A stretch of 64,000 nt of DNA from a virus. Shown one piece after another: positions 1 through 6,778 of the stretch (within the stretch, counting starts at the first letter, position 1; every line of letters begins with the position of its first letter). The notes under the pieces were generated by a model. That model searched no databases and was not told where the DNA came from. It saw only the letters and a program-made list of their open reading frames with translations. Location: the IMG/VR virus record IMGVR_UViG_3300032223_002232, positions 1 through 64,000 of that record, one strand, 5' to 3'. The translations under genes and the position numbers were made by a program.

Positions 1-116
1 GCAGGTATTTTAAACATAGTGTCTTCTCTACCTTCTTTTCTATAAAGTGTTATCCAAGGTTTGTGATTAGTACCTTTATCAATAACACTAGGCTTTGCAA
101 CTATTTTATATTCCAT
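1..116 (-). CDS. Partial hypothetical protein (MEYKIVAKPSVIDKG...), runs off the window edge
   Basis: ATG at 116 lies 6 nt after the TAGAAT box at 123-128; frame is open to position 1; not in ORF track. Confidence 0.7.
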   Translation of the reverse strand, partial: MEYKIVAKPSVIDKGTNHKPWITLYRKEGREDTMFKIP

Positions 117-122
117 ATTCTT

Positions 123-151
123 ATTCTATATTTTTTATGAAGAGGTGTCAA
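123..151 (-). promoter_or_regulatory. sigma70-type early promoter
   Basis: TTGACA-CCTCTTCATAAAAAATA-TAGAAT, then 6 nt, then ATG at 116. Confidence 0.85.
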
Positions 152-344
152 TCTTGTTTTTAATATGCTCCCAAATTCTTTCATGAACATAGAAGAGAAC
201 AATCTTAGCAAAGAAGTCAAAGACTGATACACCTAATGAGACAAAAGGTTTTCCCGTAAAGAGATAACAGGCAAGAAAAGTAATTAAAGAGCCAAAGATC
301 CTATATGATATAGCTTTGAGTAATGATACAGTTCTAGTTTCCAT
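135..344 (-). CDS. DUF2061-like small membrane protein
   Basis: N-terminal METRTVSLLKAISYR and C-terminal KIVLFYVHERIW resemble the DUF2061 pattern; hydrophobic core. Confidence 0.75.
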   Translation of the reverse strand: METRTVSLLKAISYRIFGSLITFLACYLFTGKPFVSLGVSVFDFFAKIVLFYVHERIWEHIKNKIDTSS

Positions 345-396
345 GTGCTTTAGGAGGAGGTGTCAAGCTTCATAAAGATTATTCTCATTCATAATC

Positions 397-612
397 TTAT
401 TCTAAGATATGATTCTTAATCATCTCAAAAAGAGAATCAATACTCTCTTTAACTGAACCTTCAATCTTTATTGCTGTCTTTAAAACATTACCTTCAAAGC
501 CCTTCATTGGATCATTTGGATCTCTAGGAACTGGCAAAGCACTATCTCCATCCCAATAAATGAGACTGATGAGATTGTTGTTCCTATCAATTGATATTTT
601 GTAATTGTTCAT
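397..612 (-). CDS. Hypothetical protein
   Basis: 71-aa ORF directly behind promoter repeat 619-647. Confidence 0.8.
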   Translation of the reverse strand: MNNYKISIDRNNNLISLIYWDGDSALPVPRDPNDPMKGFEGNVLKTAIKIEGSVKESIDSLFEMIKNHILE

Positions 613-618
613 TATTAT

Positions 619-647
619 AGTCTATATGCTTTAGGAGGAGGTGTCAA
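619..647 (-). promoter_or_regulatory. sigma70-type early promoter
   Basis: TTGACA-N17-TAGACT, then 6 nt, then ATG at 612. Confidence 0.85.
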
Positions 648-649
648 CT

Positions 650-683
650 AAAAAAGACTCTTCCAATTAAGAAAGAGTCTTTT
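650..683 (-). terminator. Intrinsic terminator, possibly bidirectional
   Basis: Inverted repeat AAAAGACTCTT...AAGAGTCTTTT with a T-run on the minus strand; lies downstream of the 704-997 stop and just upstream of promoter 619-647. Confidence 0.75.
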
Positions 684-703
684 AAATGTATTAATAGAGA
701 TAT

Positions 704-997
704 TTATATGCCATATGGATTTTTTGGATCAGGATTAAGACCTTTAGGCTTTGTATCTGTAAGTCCATGCAATTCACCAAGATCATCTGACCAATCATCT
801 CTTTCAAAATAATTTATATAAATTGAACCATCTTTATTCTTTTTTAACTCTCCAATAGGTCCTTCATCCTTACAATAACCTGTACAGTAGACTTTACCAT
901 CTTTTAATATAAGATCAGATCCACATTTTAGACATTCCTCATCTTTTATATTAAATGGTTTATTTAGAATACTCTCAACTAGTTTATCAAACTTCAT
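704..997 (-). CDS. Small zinc-ribbon-like protein (CxxC...CxxxC) with MKFDKLVESILN N-terminus
   Basis: CLKCG and CTGYC motifs; preceded by early repeat 1009-1037 and late-type TAAATA at 1003-1008. Confidence 0.75.
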   Translation of the reverse strand: MKFDKLVESILNKPFNIKDEECLKCGSDLILKDGKVYCTGYCKDEGPIGELKKNKDGSIYINYFERDDWSDDLGELHGLTDTKPKGLNPDPKNPYGI

Positions 998-1008
998 ATT
1001 ATTATTTA

Positions 1009-1037
1009 ATCCTATATGTTTTAAAAGTAGGTATCAA
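1009..1037 (-). promoter_or_regulatory. sigma70-type promoter followed immediately by late-type TAAATA (1003-1008)
   Basis: TTGATA-N17-TAGGAT-TAAATA-ATAAT-ATG. Confidence 0.7.
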
Positions 1038-1271
1038 TTAAAATCCTATGGTTTTAATTTCTGACACAGTACCACTCTTTGTATATTTTTGAACCACTAT
1101 AAAGGTGTGTGTTGATTCTTTTATAACTCTAAAATTAGTTTCTGGAAAAAGATATGTATATTTAGCATAAGCATCTATAGCTTTTTGCAAATCATCATGT
1201 GAATGTTCTACAACCATCCAACCACTTTCAGTATCTTTTTCAAGGTTATAATATTCTGTGTATTCTTTCAT
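1038..1271 (-). CDS. Hypothetical protein
   Basis: 77-aa ORF between two promoter repeats. Confidence 0.8.
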   Translation of the reverse strand: MKEYTEYYNLEKDTESGWMVVEHSHDDLQKAIDAYAKYTYLFPETNFRVIKESTHTFIVVQKYTKSGTVSEIKTIGF

Positions 1272-1280
1272 GATTCTTAT

Positions 1281-1309
1281 ATTCTATATGCTTTAGGAGG
1301 TGGTGTCAA
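1281..1309 (-). promoter_or_regulatory. sigma70-type early promoter
   Basis: TTGACA-N17-TAGAAT, then 9 nt, then ATG at 1271. Confidence 0.85.
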
Positions 1310-1478
1310 GTTTCTTTTTCAGATTAACAATTTCCTCACATTGCTTACTGATTATATCCTTTAGATATTTGATTCTATGTTCATGTGAATCTCCACAATT
1401 ATAACCACCAAGAGATCTAAAATATTCAGATGCTTTTTTTTGATATGGGTCTGTTAGATTATATGAATTAAATTTCAT
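1293..1478 (-). CDS. Hypothetical protein
   Basis: 61-aa ORF; its C-terminal LDTTS and stop are encoded by the next promoter repeat. Confidence 0.75.
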   Translation of the reverse strand: MKFNSYNLTDPYQKKASEYFRSLGGYNCGDSHEHRIKYLKDIISKQCEEIVNLKKKLDTTS

Positions 1479-1484
1479 AATCTT

Positions 1485-1513
1485 ATTCTATATGCTTTAG
1501 GAAGAGGTATCAA
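1485..1513 (-). promoter_or_regulatory. sigma70-type early promoter
   Basis: TTGATA-N17-TAGAAT, then 6 nt, then ATG at 1478. Confidence 0.85.
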
Positions 1514-1518
1514 TAGGA

Positions 1519-1740
1519 TTATTCTACATCATACTCCTCAATATATGATATAGCAAGTTTAGCTAAATCTTCTCTTCCTTTCTTGGTATATCCAGCAAGT
1601 TCAGCTGCATATTTATTTTTAAGCAATATATGATCTATAATAAAATTAATTGCATCTTCTTGTTTTGCAAAAATCTTATAAAGGTTTGGAGTATTAAATT
1701 CTCCAGTTCCATCAAATGCTGCATATACTTTTTTATTCAT
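1519..1740 (-). CDS. Hypothetical protein (start revised to ATG 1740, MNKKVYAAF)
   Basis: The track start at 1785 is the TTG of the -35 box; ATG 1740 follows both the early and the late promoter. Confidence 0.8.
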   Translation of the reverse strand: MNKKVYAAFDGTGEFNTPNLYKIFAKQEDAINFIIDHILLKNKYAAELAGYTKKGREDLAKLAISYIEEYDVE

Positions 1741-1745
1741 AATAT

Positions 1746-1785
1746 TATTTATACTTATTCTATATGCTTTTAAAGGAGGTGTCAA
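1746..1785 (-). promoter_or_regulatory. Tandem early sigma70 promoter (1757-1785) and T4-type late promoter TATAAATA (1746-1753)
   Basis: TTGACA-N17-TAGAAT-AAG-TATAAATA-ATATT-ATG. Confidence 0.8.
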
Positions 1786-2447
1786 GCATCATTATGATGA
1801 TCTGGAGAACTTTGTGCTCTCTTTCTCATCTCTGCTCTTAGTTCTCCAAAGGTAATAGGACTTGGACAATTTTCAACAGAAACTTCATAATTGAGTCCTG
1901 TCTTTAGATATAGTCTCCCAAGTTCTGATCTATTAAGATTACCATGTACATGAGAAAAGATATGATATGCTGCCTTTCCACTTCCATTCCAAGATAGAAT
2001 AGGATAGTGGCTCATTATAATAGATTGTCCATTGATTGAAGTCTCAAGATAATTTGGGATAAAATGAACCTCCTTGTATTCTGATGCAGAAGGTAGAAGA
2101 ATATTATCCTGCACCTTTTCAATGAGTTGTTTGTATCCTGCTTGGTGATTACCAGACATGATATAAAGTTGCTTGAAGTCTAGTCTACGAAAAAGGCTAA
2201 TAAGTCTTTCATCAGCATTGTGACCGAAAATTGTATCACCAAGAAGAAACCCAATAGTACTAGCACCAGCTTTCTTATTCCAATTCATGATCAATCCTTC
2301 ATCATGTTCAAAGGAACTATTATATCCTCTGGTCTTCCAGATAGGAACATCCCATTTTGGATCATGTCCATAGTGCACACATCCCCAAAACAGAACATCA
2401 TGATCGGTGCTTGTAATTTTTACAGATTTGTAAAAAAGATCCTTCAT
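1782..2447 (-). CDS. Calcineurin-like metallophosphoesterase
   Basis: Motifs GCVHYGH, LLGD, GNH, SHYP and SHVH in family order; ATG 2447 is 6 nt after the -10 box. Confidence 0.85.
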   Translation of the reverse strand: MKDLFYKSVKITSTDHDVLFWGCVHYGHDPKWDVPIWKTRGYNSSFEHDEGLIMNWNKKAGASTIGFLLGDTIFGHNADERLISLFRRLDFKQLYIMSGNHQAGYKQLIEKVQDNILLPSASEYKEVHFIPNYLETSINGQSIIMSHYPILSWNGSGKAAYHIFSHVHGNLNRSELGRLYLKTGLNYEVSVENCPSPITFGELRAEMRKRAQSSPDHHNDA

Positions 2448-2453
2448 CACACT

Positions 2454-2482
2454 ATTCTATATGCTTTAGGAGGAGGTGTCAA
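2454..2482 (-). promoter_or_regulatory. sigma70-type early promoter
   Basis: TTGACA-CCTCCTCCTAAAGCATA-TAGAAT, then 6 nt, then ATG at 2447. Confidence 0.9.
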
Positions 2483-2636
2483 GAGTTTCATACAAATCTG
2501 GACAAAATTCTCTATTATATGTTTCTCTAACTCTGATATACTCTTCAAAAGTTAAACCAGTGATTGTTACAGTTATAAGAGCATTAGGACTATCAAAAAA
2601 CTCTTTATCAGATTTTGATTCAAATATTCTAGGCAT
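2466..2636 (-). CDS. Hypothetical 56-aa protein MPRIFESKSDKEFF...ETLDTSS (below ORF-track cutoff)
   Basis: Fills the gap between 2641-2976 and the repeat; ends in LDTSS-stop like neighbouring genes. Confidence 0.7.
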   Translation of the reverse strand: MPRIFESKSDKEFFDSPNALITVTITGLTFEEYIRVRETYNREFCPDLYETLDTSS

Positions 2637-2640
2637 ACAT

Positions 2641-2976
2641 TTATCCTCCTACTCTATCATTAAATGCTTGGTCTTGTCCAGCATCATTTACAGTTTCCCA
2701 CAAAGAATCAATAGCGTGGCAGATTTCTACTTTCTTTCTACCAACTTTCTTATAGGCTTTGTTGATCTTACCACTCATACCTTCTCTCTCATAAAGATAC
2801 CAATCAATCCATCCAAGTTGATCAGTATTAAATGCGGCTCTAAAAAGTTCATCAATAGCATGTTCATAATTCTCTTCATAATTCATAAGATCTACTCCAA
2901 GTTTATACATCTCACGAGATCTCTTACGAGCAGCTTGGAGATTTAGTATTATTTTTTCAAATGATAGTTTTGTCAT
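2641..2976 (-). CDS. Hypothetical phage protein
   Basis: 111-aa ORF with WIDWYLYE; co-oriented with neighbours. Confidence 0.8.
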   Translation of the reverse strand: MTKLSFEKIILNLQAARKRSREMYKLGVDLMNYEENYEHAIDELFRAAFNTDQLGWIDWYLYEREGMSGKINKAYKKVGRKKVEICHAIDSLWETVNDAGQDQAFNDRVGG

Positions 2977-2991
2977 ATGTTTAAAAGTTGA

Positions 2992-3106
2992 TGACTAGGA
3001 AATACTTTTGTGGTACTTCGGACAGGCTACACGTTCATCGTATACTATGCTTCGCTATCACCTGTTGCGGAAGTTCTTTAGCTTATAAGAACTCGCACCC
3101 TAGTCA
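2992..3106 (-). ncRNA. Candidate structured non-coding RNA (multi-stem junction), family unknown
   Basis: GC-richer intergenic segment; terminal helix TGACTAGG/CCTAGTCA encloses four further helices; G-U pairs favour the minus strand. Confidence 0.6.
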
Positions 3107-3111
3107 AATTA

Positions 3112-3339
3112 TTAATCAGTAGTAATGGCATCATGATATACTGACAATGCTTTAATAATTTTATAAAGTTCCTTTGTTTCAAATGTTGTAAAGTTTCTTG
3201 GAATACGATTTGCATCAAGATGACTTGTGCATGTATCCTTGATTAAGATCTCCGTCCAATATTCATTATCAGGAGATTGCTGAATAATGATATCTTGTTC
3301 CTCTAATTTGGCGGCTATTTGTACGGATATGTTTTTCAT
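3112..3339 (-). CDS. Hypothetical protein
   Basis: 75-aa ORF behind promoter 3348-3376. Confidence 0.75.
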   Translation of the reverse strand: MKNISVQIAAKLEEQDIIIQQSPDNEYWTEILIKDTCTSHLDANRIPRNFTTFETKELYKIIKALSVYHDAITTD

Positions 3340-3347
3340 ACTTTTAT

Positions 3348-3376
3348 AGACTATATCATTTAGAAGTTTCTGTCAA
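3348..3376 (-). promoter_or_regulatory. sigma70-type promoter (spacer unrelated to the repeat)
   Basis: TTGACA-N17-TAGTCT, then 8 nt, then ATG at 3339. Confidence 0.7.
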
Positions 3377-3791
3377 CAAAAATTCTATCAAATTCATCAG
3401 CCGTAGTGTTATTTTTATGTCTACCATCATCTACAAGAAGAACTGGTATATCATTCATCTTACAATCTATTACAACTGAAAGTAAATCATCAATGTGAAG
3501 TGTGGAACCAATACCCTTTAGTACTGGTGACTTAGGTCTACCTCTTGTACATTCAGTATGTCTTATCGGAAGATTATATGCTTCAACATATTGTCTCACT
3601 TCATCCATGTCGTATGTTTCTCTTGATGTTACAATATCTATAATATAACCTTCCTTATGCTTCTCCCATAAAAGGTCATGAATCTTTTGAATTGGAACAA
3701 GTATTTCACTTGCCGCCCAAAGCATACCAATCTTCTCTTCACCTAAAGAAAACAAAGTATCATCAAAGTCAAATGTAACTACCCCTTTCAT
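3360..3791 (-). CDS. HAD-superfamily phosphatase (start revised to 3791)
   Basis: Motif I TFDFDDTL at the N-terminus, motif II VTSR, Lys in KS, motif IV HIDD; ATG 1 nt after upstream stop. Confidence 0.85.
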   Translation of the reverse strand: MKGVVTFDFDDTLFSLGEEKIGMLWAASEILVPIQKIHDLLWEKHKEGYIIDIVTSRETYDMDEVRQYVEAYNLPIRHTECTRGRPKSPVLKGIGSTLHIDDLLSVVIDCKMNDIPVLLVDDGRHKNNTTADEFDRIFVDRNF

Positions 3792-3792
3792 A

Positions 3793-4287
3793 TCATTCCC
3801 ACCAGTAAGGTATGTTACCAAGTTTATCCCATTTAGCAAAAGCTCTTTTATCTTTACGATAATATGTTCTATATGCTTCAACAGCATCAATCCTTTTATA
3901 ATCAATAGGCATGGCTTGTGCAAACGGAGTAAGATCACCATCGGGAATTTGATTTTGCATATCAAAAAGTTTCCTGATACCAGATTCACATGAATGAACC
4001 TTACCGTATCTTTTGGTATATTCATCACAAAGTGCCAAACCATGAATAGAAGCCCATACAAAATTTGAACGAGTATCACCACACCAACGAGTACAGGGAT
4101 GATTATGATAACCACCTTTAAGTGGTGTACCATTTTTTGTGAGGGGCATCATATCAGGAGTTGCACCATGACGAATAACAGCAGAACCTAATTGCTGGAA
4201 CAACTCAAGGATCATTTTTACAACATGTTTATCACAATTATAAAATGCTGCTTTCTGTGGATTTCGATCTAAAATGAAAATGTTCAT
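3793..4287 (-). CDS. Pyrimidine-dimer DNA glycosylase / endonuclease V-like protein
   Basis: MNIFILD, DKHVVKMILE, HNHPCTRW, EYTKRYGKVH, FAQAMP and AYRTYY motifs typical of this phage family. Confidence 0.8.
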   Translation of the reverse strand: MNIFILDRNPQKAAFYNCDKHVVKMILELFQQLGSAVIRHGATPDMMPLTKNGTPLKGGYHNHPCTRWCGDTRSNFVWASIHGLALCDEYTKRYGKVHSCESGIRKLFDMQNQIPDGDLTPFAQAMPIDYKRIDAVEAYRTYYRKDKRAFAKWDKLGNIPYWWE

Positions 4288-4290
4288 ACG

Positions 4291-4539
4291 TTATGATGAG
4301 CGAGGAATATACACCGCAGAAAGATTATAGTCAACAAAAGTATCTTTTGGTAAGAAAGTCAGATCAGGTGCTTCCTGATATTCTCCATCATAATATGCTT
4401 TATCGTCTGGTAATCTTTTAAGATTTTCAATGAGATATATGTTCTTTACTTCATCATATCCAGTTTCATATCCATCAACAACAACTATTTGTTCTGGATC
4501 AAACTTCTGTAAATGTTCTATTAGTTCTTTTACTTTCAT
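4291..4539 (-). CDS. Hypothetical phage protein
   Basis: MKVKELIEHLQKFDPE N-terminus common in small phage proteins; ATGA-coupled to the upstream gene. Confidence 0.8.
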   Translation of the reverse strand: MKVKELIEHLQKFDPEQIVVVDGYETGYDEVKNIYLIENLKRLPDDKAYYDGEYQEAPDLTFLPKDTFVDYNLSAVYIPRSS

Positions 4540-4832
4540 GGTATAGGTTTATTAGTTCCAATATCTTCTGCTATATATGGTGTATGTAGTTTTATATCTC
4601 TATTAGAAGGATACTCTGTGAATGATACATATCCATCAGTACCCCAAGGATAACCTTTAGAATAATATACTTGTTGAACTTCACCATTAATATTCAATCT
4701 TTGGATTTTATAATAATGAATAGGTACAGAATTTACTAGACATCCACCGATAAGCATAGGTATCATAGCAAAGGCAATTATACCTATTACCACTGTCCAA
4801 CCAAATAAAAATGTTTTAGTTTTATTTGTCAT
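4536..4832 (-). CDS. Hypothetical membrane-anchored protein (start likely 4832)
   Basis: N-terminal hydrophobic helix FLFGWTVVIGIIAFAMIPMLIGG; ATGA overlap with upstream stop. Confidence 0.75.
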   Translation of the reverse strand: MTNKTKTFLFGWTVVIGIIAFAMIPMLIGGCLVNSVPIHYYKIQRLNINGEVQQVYYSKGYPWGTDGYVSFTEYPSNRDIKLHTPYIAEDIGTNKPIP

Positions 4833-5209
4833 ATATTCCAAGTTGATCTATGTCCAGAGTGTCCACAATCATCACAAGAGCTATCACTAAACTCTGTGTC
4901 ATCGCACTGGAAACATTCTACAAGATCTTTGAATGAACAAGTTCCATTCTTGATTCCTTCTTTGAGTTTGATAAGAAGATAGTCTAGAAGCTCATCATCA
5001 TCTTCAGGTTGTTTGACTCCATCTTCTACTTCCCCACTTCTCCATACATCATTGATAGAGAATCCCCAATTGTAGCAAGACATCTCATCATATACAATTT
5101 TGTATTTTGGTTTTGTATCCTTCAATACAAAATCCCTAGGATCATAGTCCTCAAATCCTTGAGGATTTATGTTCTTTAAAACTTCAATAGCTTCTTCTTC
5201 TTCACTCAT
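4829..5209 (-). CDS. Acidic hypothetical protein with C-terminal CxxCGH (start 5209 or 5221)
   Basis: ORF in a tightly packed operon. Confidence 0.75.
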   Translation of the reverse strand: MSEEEEAIEVLKNINPQGFEDYDPRDFVLKDTKPKYKIVYDEMSCYNWGFSINDVWRSGEVEDGVKQPEDDDELLDYLLIKLKEGIKNGTCSFKDLVECFQCDDTEFSDSSCDDCGHSGHRSTWNI

Positions 5210-5363
5210 TTGTTTTTCCATGAAATCGTTCTATTTGATCTTTAGCATCAGCATAAGTTGCTTTAGGATTTTTGTCAATAACTTTTTGAATAGCCTCTTG
5301 TATATCTTGAAAGTCTTGTGCTGTAAACTTATCAACCATTTTTAATAAATCTTTATAGTCCAT
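5202..5363 (-). CDS. Hypothetical protein (start likely 5363, MDYKDLL)
   Basis: ATG 1 nt after upstream stop. Confidence 0.7.
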   Translation of the reverse strand: MDYKDLLKMVDKFTAQDFQDIQEAIQKVIDKNPKATYADAKDQIERFHGKTNE

Positions 5364-5364
5364 A

Positions 5365-5640
5365 TTATTCTTGTTCCTCGTTATCAAATTTTAGTTTTTC
5401 TAAATATTCATGGCGATTTTCTTTCATTTCTTGAATAGATTCAAAAATAGCGTCCTCTGCTTCATTTTGTTCTCCTTCTGGTAATAAACTCAAGAAACCA
5501 TCTATCATAGCTAAACATCCACCGATTACATGTGATGCAGTTATTCCATCTTCTGTTGGATGAATGCCACAAATAAATTTATCATCAATGTGACCAATCA
5601 TAAAGATTGGTATAAAGTTTTCCATTTCCTCTTCTTTCAT
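5365..5640 (-). CDS. Hypothetical acidic protein
   Basis: 91-aa ORF; TTGACA(5669-5674)-N16-TATCAT ends 6 nt before the ATG. Confidence 0.75.
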   Translation of the reverse strand: MKEEEMENFIPIFMIGHIDDKFICGIHPTEDGITASHVIGGCLAMIDGFLSLLPEGEQNEAEDAIFESIQEMKENRHEYLEKLKFDNEEQE

Positions 5641-5674
5641 TAGATAATGATAGATTATAATTTTATATTGTCAA

Positions 5675-5965
5675 TTACCAAAAAAGATTATGTTTTCTTG
5701 CGGCTTGTTCAAAGCCTTCATCTTGAATATATCTTTTAAGAATCTCTAAATCTTTCTTTTTAACTTTAACATCAGATTCAGCTGTAACTTTGAAATCATC
5801 TAAAGACACATTTTCAATTTTAATAACCCAATTAACACCTTTAAATTTCATTTCAAAATTATAAGGACCACTTGGATTAGTTTTAAATTTTCCCTGTTTC
5901 TTTTGAAACTGCTGGATTTCTTCTTCATCCTCATCACCGTATCCATCATCATAGTATTCGTCCAT
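5675..5965 (-). CDS. Hypothetical protein with acidic N-terminus (start likely 5965)
   Basis: ATG 8 nt after promoter 5974-6002. Confidence 0.75.
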   Translation of the reverse strand: MDEYYDDGYGDEDEEEIQQFQKKQGKFKTNPSGPYNFEMKFKGVNWVIKIENVSLDDFKVTAESDVKVKKKDLEILKRYIQDEGFEQAARKHNLFW

Positions 5966-5973
5966 AAACAATA

Positions 5974-6002
5974 ATACTATTACAGTATTACACTATCGTC
6001 AA
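5974..6002 (-). promoter_or_regulatory. sigma70-type promoter overlapping the upstream stop codon
   Basis: TTGACG-N17-TAGTAT. Confidence 0.65.
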
Positions 6003-6718
6003 GTTGTTGTTTGTTGAGCAGCCCTTCTAGGTGATCTTGGTGTTCTTGGTGTAGTTGGTGTTTGAGGTTGAGTTTGCTGTTGGGGTTGAGTTTGTTGTTG
6101 AGGTTTAGCTTGTTGTTGTGGTTTAGCTTGTTGTTGTGGTTGTTGAGTTTGTTGTGATGGTTGATTCTGTGAATTATTATACACATCTTGATTTATCCAT
6201 CCATCAATATCGGTTTTAGTATTACCAACCAATATATAATCAACGCCAACCATTTGATTACCAACTCTTTGTTTAGGACAAATCTGTACAATTTTGTTTT
6301 CTTGTACTATAGCTACCCCTCTATATGTCATATAATTTAAGTTAATATCTGTTGGTGCTACTGGTTTCCATTTGTTTGGGGCATCTACTGTTCTAATAAA
6401 TAGATAATTTGCTGGTGTATTGTTTGCTCCAACTGGTACTATACCGTAATTTCCATTTTGATCTAAACCCTTTACTACCTTGGCTTTATATTGTGGATTC
6501 TTCGACCAAACAGCAACATCATTTTGTTTAGGTGGATTCTCTTTTGAATAGTTATAAGATTGTTTTTTATCTTTTTTCGGACCTTTGAATGGATCATAAA
6601 ATGCATTTGGGTCTTTAACAGTTGCATTAAAGGCTGCTATACCCTCACCAGCACCTTTAATAAGATTGCCTACAAACTCATTTAAAATGCAATTAACCCT
6701 AGAATCAAACTTATTCAT
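5999..6718 (-). CDS. Late-expressed hypothetical protein with Gln/Pro-rich tail; possible internal head protein
   Basis: TAAATA at 6726-6731; N-terminus MNKFDSRVNCILNE; (PQQQAK/PQQQTQ)n C-terminal repeats. Confidence 0.75.
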   Translation of the reverse strand: MNKFDSRVNCILNEFVGNLIKGAGEGIAAFNATVKDPNAFYDPFKGPKKDKKQSYNYSKENPPKQNDVAVWSKNPQYKAKVVKGLDQNGNYGIVPVGANNTPANYLFIRTVDAPNKWKPVAPTDINLNYMTYRGVAIVQENKIVQICPKQRVGNQMVGVDYILVGNTKTDIDGWINQDVYNNSQNQPSQQTQQPQQQAKPQQQAKPQQQTQPQQQTQPQTPTTPRTPRSPRRAAQQTTT

Positions 6719-6778
6719 TATATTATATTTACATCATTGTGTAAAAAATTACAGTTTTAAGTAAGTATTTTTTAGAAA

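Larger units (their letters stand above)
123..2482 (-). repeat. Dispersed ~29-bp promoter repeat, 8 copies, consensus TTGACACCTCCTCCTAAAGCATATAGAAT
   Basis: Copies at 123-151, 338-366, 619-647, 1009-1037, 1281-1309, 1485-1513, 1757-1785 and 2454-2482, each at a gene boundary. Confidence 0.95.

Noticed and set aside
123-2482. Possible CRISPR array
   Set aside because: Repeats are separated by ~175-670 nt of protein-coding sequence, have promoter consensus, and no cas genes are visible
2220-2946. Plus-strand ORFs 2220-2555 and 2476-2946, and the plus-strand AGGAGG in the repeat as their ribosome-binding site
   Set aside because: Antisense to well-supported minus-strand genes; the GTG at 2476 is inside the repeat itself, and other copies are not followed by plus-strand ORFs
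2992-3106. Canonical tRNA, SRP RNA or hammerhead ribozyme
   Set aside because: No TTC T-loop, standard anticodon arm or CCA; no SRP domain IV motif; no CUGANGA/GAAA core. Kept as an unknown ncRNA candidate
3792-4133. N-terminal extension of the 257-aa ORF 3360-4133
   Set aside because: Overlaps the glycosylase-like gene in another frame; the HAD motif I begins right after ATG 3791
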